A stretch of DNA of 64,000 nt from Paragordius varius (lineage: Eukaryota; Animalia; Nematomorpha): positions 1,488,001 through 1,552,000 of the forward strand of contig OZ176059.1 in assembly GCA_964247055.1 (NCBI GenBank). Reading direction: 5' to 3'. A program made the position numbers and the translations under genes. Under the pieces are notes generated by a model. The model searched no databases. It was not told where the DNA came from and was given only the letters and a program-made list of their open reading frames with translations. Positions 52,355 to 62,643 of this stretch are shown one piece after another. The stretch's first letter is position 1. Every line of letters begins with the position of its first letter.

Positions 52355-55192
52355 CAGGGGTGTACCGAGGGAGGGGGGGCAATGGGGTGCATCATGCCCC
52401 GGGCACTGTTATTTAGGGGCGCCTAAATGATTTTTTAAATCATTATTGTTCGCCATTATCATAAGATCAATTCAATATATGCAACAAAAACATTATTTTT
52501 ATATATAACTAGCGTAGATCTCGTGCTGCTACGCAGCCCGAGGAAGTCCTTCGGACTTCTGGCGGGGGGGATTTTTGATTTTATAAGTAATTTTATTATG
52601 CAGCACGAAGTTTTAAAATGATTCACATAGTGTCATAAGTTTTTTGAAATTTCGCTCCAAAGGCATGCTGTATCGATAATATAGCGCAGTGGCGGGTAGC
52701 CCCCTACCCAGAGGCCAATATAAAAATGTAATTAGATAAAAAATTTGCCTTTTAGCTGGAATCATTCATTCCTAATAGTTTATGGAAGAATGGCTTTAAA
52801 ATAAATAATATTTCAATGATAGCGCATTTTTAGGGCGTAAAGGGACTATTTAACGGCTAATTTAAAAAATCCGCTAGACTAAAATTTTTGACTTTTTACG
52901 GGTAATACTTTAAGCAGCTATTAAACTCATTGCCTGATAGGTTTTCTGAAATTTAGCCCCAGAAGCACGCGATTTAAATATGACGGGTCAGTTTTTCGCG
53001 GGTAGCTCCTTATTCAGCAGCTATCATCAAAGAAATGCTTGGCTAAAATTTTTGCTTTTTAACAGGGAATAAGTGGAATCTTTATTAAATTTTTACGGTT
53101 TCATACCTTAATCGAAAAATAGATTTGAAATTATTTTTGTGGACTTTGTTTTTTTGAAAAAGGTGGTATTTTACGGGGGGAGCGGGTAAAAAGAGGGCCT
53201 AAATTAAAAATGCGAGCCGACTATGTTCGGCGCAATCGAAAATAAGTAAACAGAAATCATATTTGAAATTGAATGGTCCAACACGTTCTCCGGAAAATTG
53301 TCTCAATGACACGATTTTTATGAACTTCTGTTTTCAAAAAAACGCGTTTTGCACACGGGGTGGACCCGAACTGGGGGTCTATTTCAAAAAAAGGGCGAAG
53401 CTATTGTCGGGGCATTCATTAATGATTATATTTTTTGATGTTTGAATTTGAATGGGTCTACCGGTTTTCATGTACCAGATCACAAAGCCAGTATTTCCAT
53501 TTTTATAAATATATAGATTTCCATATTATAAAATTTATTAGAATATTTATATATTTAAAAATAAATAAATTTAGTATCATATAATTATATAGATTTAATA
53601 GATTTAAAATTTATATGACTGTGCTGTCTTATCTATGGTGTTAAGATTAAAACGTTTGTATTTTTTTTTAAATTGTTTTATTGGCTTTAAAAATGGGGGG
53701 GGGGGGGGGGGGGGGAGGGGGGCGCCATAAAAGTTTAATGCCCCGGGCGCCGCAAATGCTCGGTAGGCCACTGAATCCACAAAAATCGTGTATTTGAGAC
53801 AATTTTCCGAAAAACTTGGACGACTGTTCGATTTCAAACATGATTTTTTTTTCGATTGCGCCGAACATAGTCGGCTCGCTTTTTTAAATTAGGCCCTCTA
53901 ACCCCCCCCCCCCCCCCCCCCCCCCCGTAAAATGCCATATAGTTGTTTGAATCTATTTTTACCCAAGGTATGAGACCATAAAATTTCAAAAGGCCAGGTA
54001 TTCCCTGTTAAAAGAAAAAAAATTTTAGACGTGCGTTTTTTTTATATCGGCTGCTGGGTAAACAGATACCCGCTAAAAACTGCCCCGTCATATCGATATA
54101 GTGTGCCTTTGCGGTTAAATTTCAGAAAACCTATCAGGTCATATGAGTTTAATAGGTGCTTAAAATATTACCAACAAGGCAATTTAGATCGTGAGGTTTT
54201 TTAAAATCAGAGGTTAGTTAGGCCCTTCACGCCCTGAAAAATGAGCCACCATAAAATAATTTTATGGTTTTGAGACAATTTTTCCAAAAACTAATGAGAG
54301 CATATGGAATCAATTATGATTCCAGGATTTCCGTAAAAAGGCAAAAATTTTGATCAAGCGCTTTTTTGTATCAGCCTTTCGGTAGGGAGCTACCCGCCTC
54401 AAACTGCGCCACCATATCGAAATAGCGTTATTTAGGAGTTAATTTTAAAACTTATCAGGCCATATAAGTTTAATAAGGACCTGAAATTTTACCCGTAAAA
54501 AGGTAAAAATTTAAGTAGTGCGGTTTTAAATTAGCCGTTAATTAGGCCATTTACGCCCTAAAAATGCGCTACATTGAACTATTATTTAGTTTTGAAGCCA
54601 TTTTTCCAAAAACTATTAAGAACATATGGAATAAATGATGATTCTAGGTATTCCCCTATAAAGGCGAAAATTTTTATCCGTCTTTTTTATATTGGCCTCT
54701 GAGGGGGGGGGGCTACCCGCCAACAACTGGGCCACCATATCGATACAGCGTGGTTTTGGAGGCAAATTTTATAAAATTTAGCAGGCCATAGGACTTCAAT
54801 AAGCAGGGAAGTACCGAGAAGGGGGCAAGGGGGTGCATCATGCCCCGGGCGCCGTTATTTAGGGGCGCCTAAATGATTTTTTAAAATTAAATTTTAATTA
54901 TGCAAAAATAATAAGAACTTTCAAATGAGATTTTTCAGCAATTTAGGTAATAATCCCTATAATATACTCTACTTTTCACCTAATTAGTACCATTGAATAA
55001 ATTTAGTATCATATAAATATAAATATTTAATAAATTTAAAATTTATATGACTGTGCTGCCTTATCTATGGTGTTTAGGTTACAACGTTTGTATTTTTTTT
55101 ACTAAATTGTTTTATTGGCTTTTAAACAAAAGGGGGGAGGGGCGCCATAAAAGTTTTATGCCCCGGGCGCCGCAAATGCTCGGATGCCACTG
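52355..55192. mobile_element. Composite hAT element: two direct MITE copies flanking a Helitron fragment
   Basis: MITE 1 is 52355-53773 and MITE 2 is 54804-55192 (CAGGGRWGTACCGAG ... CTCGG..GCCACTG). Outer TSD GGGAAATG at 52347-52354 and 55193-55200; empty site at 33005-33012. Confidence 0.8.
52509..53517 (-). mobile_element. Non-autonomous Helitron (longer variant) nested in a hAT MITE
   Basis: On -: a|TCTATATATTTATAAAAATGG start and GCAGCACGAGATCTACGCTAG|t end; same family as 22637 and 47661 plus minisatellite units. Confidence 0.8.
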
Positions 55193-55547
55193 GGGAAATG
55201 GTATATATATCGAGAAGAATGTTTTAGTATTAACTGTTAGTTCATTACGTTTTGCATCTCAAATTATGTTAGCGATTTTCTCTATGTCTTAAAATCATAA
55301 AATAGGCATTTCAGTTCAATACTAATTTGCCATGATCTTTATAAATTCCGTTAATTATTTGGATATAAGCGAAAAATATATTATTCGTTAAAAAACTATT
55401 TTTTGAATCAAAATAGTTAAGACAGTAATTTCTGAATTTTTCAGCTACTTTAAATGTTAAAAAAGTAAACAAATCACCAAACCCAATATAGAGCGTAGAA
55501 GTAAATCAATTACCTATACTATCAATAAACATTTGGCAGGAAAAAAT

Positions 55548-56109
55548 TACCATTTGCACAACACTTTAAGTTGGTCCTTGAACATTTCAAGTTGGTCCTT
55601 CACTTTGGTCCTTAAAATTTTTATGTTTTAATTTAACCATAATTTTGCATTTGTTTTTTATTTTATTATTTTTTTAACCTGATTTTCTTTAATTGTCATA
55701 TATTTATTCATTTAAAAAAAGATTTTATTCAAAAACCACTTTTTGTTTCAAATTAATTTTATTTAATTTAACAAAATTTTTAAATTTTAAATGTTTTTAA
55801 TAAAAATCGTAAATAATAACCCAGAAGACTTATATATTTTTTAAATAAGTGTTAAAATCTTATAAATATCCATAAGAAATTAATAATATACGGTTTCTCA
55901 ATGATTAAAAGGTAATATTGATTTAAAATTTATGTTACATAATAGAAAATAGATTAAAAATGATAAAATGAATAATACACGATTTGATTGATAAAAGTTA
56001 AAAACAAATCAAAAATGTTAAAGGACAACTTGAAATGTTCAAGCGCCAACTTGAAATGTTCAAGGACCAATTTGAAGTGTTCAAGGACTCTTGAGAAGTG
56101 CAAATGGTA
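55548..56109. mobile_element. Foldback MITE, type I
   Basis: TACCATTTGCAC ... GTGCAAATGGTA with 21-bp arrays. Confidence 0.8.
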
Positions 56110-56532
56110 TATTTGTAAAATTTTTATCTATTTATTTCGCCCATGCCTGAGTGTGGTGATAAGTCATATCTAGAGATAGAACTTTTATTTTCCAATTCTT
56201 TTTGAGTTAATTTATTCATTATGAGAAAATTAATGAGAGTTAAAGCTGAAACATTAGCGGTTATAGGTGTCCATTTATGTATACATGTTGTATTAGCGGG
56301 ACAAATATTTAAAAATGATTTGATGTCCATATAATTTTTATTTTAAGGTGATAATATTTTGGGTGAAATTTTCACAGATTAATATTTATAAATTATTTTA
56401 ACATAATTGTTAGGGTTACATAAGTATAAAATTTAAAAAAATCTTAGAAAAAGCTTTTGGTCTGCCTTTTTAATAAAAATTTTATTAGAAAAATTATATT
56501 ACCTAATGGATATTAAAATTCATAGTTATAAC

Positions 56533-56905
56533 TAGGGTTGTGCATTTGACTGCTTTTTCAAAAAAGTTCGGCCATGGACGGTCATGACCACTTTTTACCT
56601 AGTAAATAACATGCGATATTGGATTGTTAAAATAATGTTCGAACGACACTTGCGTTTCACTAATAATGTCATATTTTTCTTAAAAGTTTATATTAAACAT
56701 TTTTTAAATATTTATTATTTACAAATATTTACAATAAAATTTAATCAAGAATTTTGTTTTCAAATAAATTTTGCCACATTCTTGTGGCCTTCTGAATCTT
56801 CAAATACATAGCTTTTAATACTGGATATTTCAAATAAAATTTTACTTAGTTTCTTTTACACTTTCATTCATTCAATTATAAAATGTTTTTACATTTTATT
56901 GGTTC

Positions 56906-56941
<36 letters not shown>

Positions 56942-57252
56942 GAAATAATCGCATATTTTGCAAAATGCTTTATTGTTTTGAAATAACTGGATATGCTTAA
57001 TATTAATGTTTTAAGGATGCATGTTTAACAATTTTATATTGTTAAATAAGCATATTTTATTATTTAATTTATATTTTTTAAAAAGTATATTAAAAAACAA
57101 TAAAATCTTACTATCTTTCCAAAAAAAATTACCAACAATTTTTCAAAAAACAGCTGTTTTTTTAAAATGACCATGGTTAAAAAATAAATAGTCACTGACC
57201 AAGTCATGACCCGGTCAATTGACCGGATCATGACTTGGTCAGCACAACCCTA
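56533..57252. mobile_element. hAT MITE (TAGGGTTGTGC termini)
   Basis: TIR TAGGGTTGTGC / GCACAACCCTA, perfect TSD GTTATAAC; empty site at 34395-34402. Confidence 0.9.
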
Positions 57253-58326
57253 GTTATAACGTAAATTTATTACATAATCGTTAAAGATTAAAAATACCTT
57301 ATACTTTGTTTTTAGTCTTTGAATTTTAAAATTATAAGCGTCCCTAAGATAAATTAATATTAATGAAATGGTAATTTTTTAATAATCGAAATTAAAAATG
57401 GCTGTGAGTGACATAAAAGCAATATATAAATGTTTTAATCAAAAAACTTGTTACTTTTTTGGACATTCATTGCCAGCTAGTCATAGTTTGAGTTATTATC
57501 ACATTAGCTTTAAAAATATATTAATTTTAAAAAAATCCTCTCCGCGGGTTTCTCCTATGTCCAATATTAACTATCGATGTATATCATATTAGAATGCATT
57601 TATGGATTTTTACTTACTCTTCCAAATGATATATTACAAAGGCGCATTTGTTGTACATTTTCAATGAAAAACATTTTTTAGTAAAATTCTGATAAAGAGG
57701 GCGCATAATAAAAAAATTGATTTAAACATAATTCTTAGGTGAAATTATAATTTTTATTTCAGATTTCCTGTTAAAATGATACTAAATATCACGAAATACA
57801 AAAATCTCGAGTGGCAGAACAATTTGTTATCTAGTGTAATGTTTGTTAAAGTATAAATCTTTTCTAACCGTTTATGCGCTCTCTCAATAATCAAAAATAA
57901 GCATCCACCTAATCAAGTAATTTTAATAATGCTGATAATATCACTTAAATGTCGGGTTCGGAAGTGGATTTAGTTCTTATCTCTGACACACGTCACACTA
58001 ACTACTGACTTTACTAAAATATCACTCAAAAATTTAGGCCAAAAACCTATCAACTTTGCCATTAATTTTCTTGTTTTGACAATATTAACGCATTGAAATG
58101 CTTTTGGCACAGACTAGAGAAAGTGATTTAATGTAAATCAGCATTAGTCAATGTATTATGTGTCAATTTAATATTAGACTGATATAGTAACAGAGAGAGT
58201 AATTACTTGAGGGAACATTTCCTTCAAGCCCAAAAAAAATGCTAAATTTAGGTTTTGTAAACTCTAATTAGTAACAGCCGATCGCGTATTTTAACAACAA
58301 CCATTTAGCGATTTGGTAACTATGCC

Positions 58327-58959
58327 TACCATTTGCACTTCAAGAGTGTCCTTAAACACTTCAAATGACCCTTGAACATTTCAAGTTGGTCCTTGAACAC
58401 TTTAAGTTGGTCCTTCTTCATGTTGGTTTTTAAAATTTTAAAATTTTGATTTAACCATAATTTTTGGATGTATTTTTTATTTTATTATTTTTTAACCTAA
58501 TTTTCTTTATTTATTATGTTATTCATTTAAAAATAAAAATTTCTATTCAAAAACCACTTTTTTGATTCAAATTAATTTAATTCAACAAAATTATAAAATT
58601 TTAATTGTTTCCAATGTAAAATTGTAAATAATAACCCAGAATACTTATATATTTTTATTTACGGGTTAAAATCTTATAAATTACAAAAATAATTTTAAGA
58701 TATTAATTAAGATATAACGGTTTCTCAATGATTAAAGTTGATATTGATTTAAAATTTTTCGTAAATAATAAAAAATAGGTTAAAAACGATAAATTAGATG
58801 AATGATAAACGATTTGATTGATAAAAGTTAAAAACAAAATAAAAAAGTCAAAGGACCAACGTGAAATGTTCAAGGACCATCTTGAAGTGTTCAAGGACCA
58901 ACTTGAAGTGTTCAAGGACCAACTTGAAGTGTAAGGACACATTTGAAGTGCAAATGGTA
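58327..58959. mobile_element. Foldback MITE, type I (complete)
   Basis: TACCATTTGCACTTCAAG ... TTGAAGTGCAAATGGTA. Confidence 0.85.
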
Positions 58960-59597
58960 TATCACGTACCAACCTTATTACATACATCATTTTACTAATA
59001 AAATTTATTTTAAAATCAAACATTATATATCGAAAACGCCATAATTTTACAGGCGTGATTTCAAATCAATGTAACATCTTACTTGGCAAATTATATAAAA
59101 AATACCGTTAAAATCACACTTTAAAGATATGTATGTATATATATCTATTTGGTTAAAGAATTTATTAAACCTTGTTATAGATGTTATTTTTTAGAAATAA
59201 TATCATATAATGAATGATTCAATAAATGTTTGTATCATTTAAGGCTAAAACATACATTTTATGTTATAAAAGTGGGTTTTAAAAGTTAGATTATTTTTAT
59301 ATATATACATGTAGTATGATTATTCAACAATGAAAGTTTTAAAAAAACTATATTTTCTATCTCCTATAAACAATCACATATACATGTTAAAAATTCTGTG
59401 GAGATTAAAATAAAATTTTGGATAAAATTCGAGCTAAAATATATATATAGTATGACGGCAAGATTGCTTTCGAAAAACTCTGATTAAACACAATTTTGGT
59501 TGTTAATTAAACAAAAAAACAAAAACAAAAATTAAATAAATTATAATGGTTAAAAAATTATGTAATATACACAAAAATATGCAAGTGTGTTAACCTA

Positions 59598-59630
<33 letters not shown>

Positions 59631-59825
59631 GTATATATAACACATGATTTTCGTTTTGTTCTGTATTATAAAAAAAGGGCCGGAGATATATAACTTTAAA
59701 AAATGCGAATCAAATTTTATAGTATTTTCATTTAAAAAGAAAAATGTATCAATCAATATGACACACCATGTGGGGCCTTTTAAAAAAATCTAAAATAATC
59801 TATCATAACCAAGATATACAGCCCA

Positions 59826-62536
59826 TTATTTGGCAATCTTGATAGCTTTTATAAGGTAACCCTTTTCCTTTATAACTTCCCGACTCTTGATAGTTATAAT
59901 GTAACGAAGGACAAAATTGAGTTTCCATTGTTCATAGGTTTGTTTCAACAAGGGTTTTATGCCCTCTCGAAAATCGGTGTCAGATAAAACTTCTATGTAA
60001 CACATAAAAATTTATATAGTTGTAAAATAAAGCATAAAGCATAAACATAAATTAAGATGCCAAAAACAACGTTTTTGCATTAAAACTACAATCAATCAAA
60101 CCTCTTTTGTGAGCGACAGACGAAAATTTATGAAAAGTGACATTTTTACAGCTTATATTGTCAGAATTGATTCGTATATAGATGCAAAATAATATACGGG
60201 AAGAATGTGCACAAAAAATTCTTATACATTATAACATAATAATCTGTGAATACACTCATTTGACACTAAAATACGAATTTCGTTTTAATGTTTGTCATTC
60301 TTTTTTTTAAGTTTATAAACTATACTTTATGAAAGATAATTAATAACAAGATTCTAATACAAAATCAATTTTAACTACAGTGAAAATTTAATTTTTCAAA
60401 CAAACTGCAACATCTAAAAAGTAAATAGCTTTTTATCGATATTCCATATATTAACTAAACTAATTACAACTGAAATATATAATTTGTCAGTGTTATATCT
60501 AAAATAGAATGGAATGATGTGATCTATTTAAAAAATCCGCACAAAGAAGCTACGTTATTTTTTATAAACCATTTACAGTTCAAATTCACCCTTGAAGAAA
60601 TCAAATTCACCCTCGAACAATTCAAATTCACCCTAAAAATAAATTATGTATTTTCGAACTAATAAAACTCATTATTAATATTAAATATATGTTTATGTTA
60701 TAGTTTATTATTTTACAGTATTATTTTAATTTAAAACAAAATTTTTATTTTTTAAAAGTATATAAAATATTGGTAATTTTTAATCTTAAAAAACATATAT
60801 TTTATGGTGAATTTGAATTGTCTAAGGGTGAAATTGAATTGTACATGGTATATAATTATGAACACAAGCAAGAATAAACGTTAAAAAAAATACTGTATTT
60901 ATCATTGTGAGTCAATAAAACTACACCATTTTCATCGGCATAATTTGTAAGATCTTCGGGGACAATGCATGAAAGTACAGAGTTTATTTGATTGCTAGAT
61001 GGTTTAACCTATTTAAGTAAAAAAATTAATAAAAATAGGTAAAAATTTAGTTTAAAAGAAATCAAAACTGATATATATAAAATATTTTTTATGATTGGCT
61101 AAAGGCTATAAAATTAACTAACCACCACCATATACAAAAAATAGCTAGATATTTGGCACAAAATATACGCAATATCATGGCAAAATTCGATAATAATTAT
61201 TTATCAATAAAATGGCCTGAGGGGAGTATTTTATTTAAAATATATGCATATATTCAGGTATAAACTTTATAAAATTGTTTTTATGGTGTTGTGACGAAAA
61301 ATAGTATCAAATAAGTAAAATAATTCGTTGTTATGTACAAATTAAGAACATACAACAATTTTTGTTTCCGATTTATTTTAAACGACGTGAATTATGAGTA
61401 GGCAAATTTATATTTTTTTTGATCAACTACTTTTTTGATTATACGAATTGTCTAAAAGATGATTTTGACTAACTAATGCGGGGAAAAAACATTATACCAA
61501 ATGTAAAAATGATTGCATTTAATGTATCCTAACCATATATTAAATATATATATATATATATGCAATATATAATACTTTGGCCCAACTGGTTAATGCTTCA
61601 AGTTGGCTCTTGTTAAGATCGCTAACACCCATATGTACGACTTTAGGGATGGGGTTATTTTTCATAACATTGTTACAATAATTAATCGTTTCATTACAAT
61701 TAATATCGCAATGTGAATTGCAACAAAGATTATTATTATTATTTTTAAGATCTGTATTATTGCAGATTTTAAAAGTGTAACCATTACATGGTTTGTGTGT
61801 GTCATGAGAATTGGGGGAAGATATATCATTTACGCTGTTTTGAAGGTTGTTATTGTTTATGGAATTTTGATTTAAATTTTGGGAAATTGGTTTATTGCAA
61901 TGCTCACCGTTTGTGCAAACATAAGAGCTGTTTAAATTAGTCGGATCCATCATTGAATGTGATAAAGTATTATTATTATCAAGTGAATCATAATTTTGAT
62001 CACATAAAGTTTCGGCTTTAGCCCAAACAGGCTTAAAATCCTCAAATTTAGTTTTGTGACGACAGTATTCGGGAAACGCGATAATGAGTTGATCCAAATT
62101 ACTAATATCTAATTCAGTCAAAGCTATAAAAATAATATAACATAATAATAATATACCAAATTGTACTGCTTCTATCACGATATCAGGATTCCATTCGTAC
62201 ATAAAAAGTTTGGCTATAAAAATATTCAAAATATAATTTACCACTAATTTTTAAATTTGAGCGTTGTTCAGAATTTCCATTTGTATCATTTTTTGGCAGC
62301 CGAAGAATTAAGGGGAATTCATTATTCTAATAATATAACCTATTATTACTACATTTATTTGTTGTTGATCTTCATATTTTTCATAATGTGACACGATCCG
62401 CGTAATGATATCTTTGAGCTATCAAATTTAAATATTTTCTAACCTCTTCTGTGCTATTTTTATCCTTAAATGGGGAATAATTTAGGATATTTCGCGAGCT
62501 AATGTATAAAATATTGGTGTGTAATTCGTCAATCAT
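59826..62536 (-). CDS. GCLM: Glutamate-cysteine ligase regulatory (modifier) subunit, 376 aa, 7 exons
   Basis: Exons 62536-62444, 62418-62353, 62326-62242, 62213-62157, 62123-61576, 61008-60894 and 59992-59826 (1131 nt open). Motifs EQRSNLKISAKLF, LDQLIIAFP, HMGVSDLNKSQLEALTSWAKVKPSSNQIN, PEDLTNYADENGVVLLTHND and VLRYIITIKSREVIKEKGY match GCLM. Confidence 0.93.
60568..60850. mobile_element. Foldback MITE, type II, in GCLM intron 6
   Basis: ACCATTTACAGTTCAAATTCACCC x3 ... GGGTGAAATTGAATTGTACATGGTA. Confidence 0.8.
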
Positions 62537-62643
62537 ATGGCCTAAAATTAAAAAATGATTATGCCTTTTGATTAGCACACATGCATTTGTAAATTTTTAA
62601 ATTCACGATAAAGTCAAATTTTTTATTGGTGGTTTGTTTTTTT
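62537..62643. promoter_or_regulatory. Putative bidirectional promoter between GCLM and TPK1
   Basis: Only 107 bp separate the divergent ATGs; inferred from gene geometry, with no motif identified. Confidence 0.55.

Larger units (their letters stand above)
35602..58580. repeat. Segmental duplication unit B
   Basis: Colinear with unit A, roughly 85-90% identical in shared non-coding blocks (by eye), with different TE content. Confidence 0.9.

Noticed and set aside
53604-53868. Poly-proline ORFs
   Set aside because: Produced by a poly-G tract in a MITE end.
62327-62443. Single 117-nt GCLM intron instead of two tiny ones
   Set aside because: It would be in frame but drop a 66-nt, 22-codon exon that has proper splice sites and matches the orthologous exon in size and sequence (LKDII vs LHDCI); RNA data are still needed to exclude skipping.
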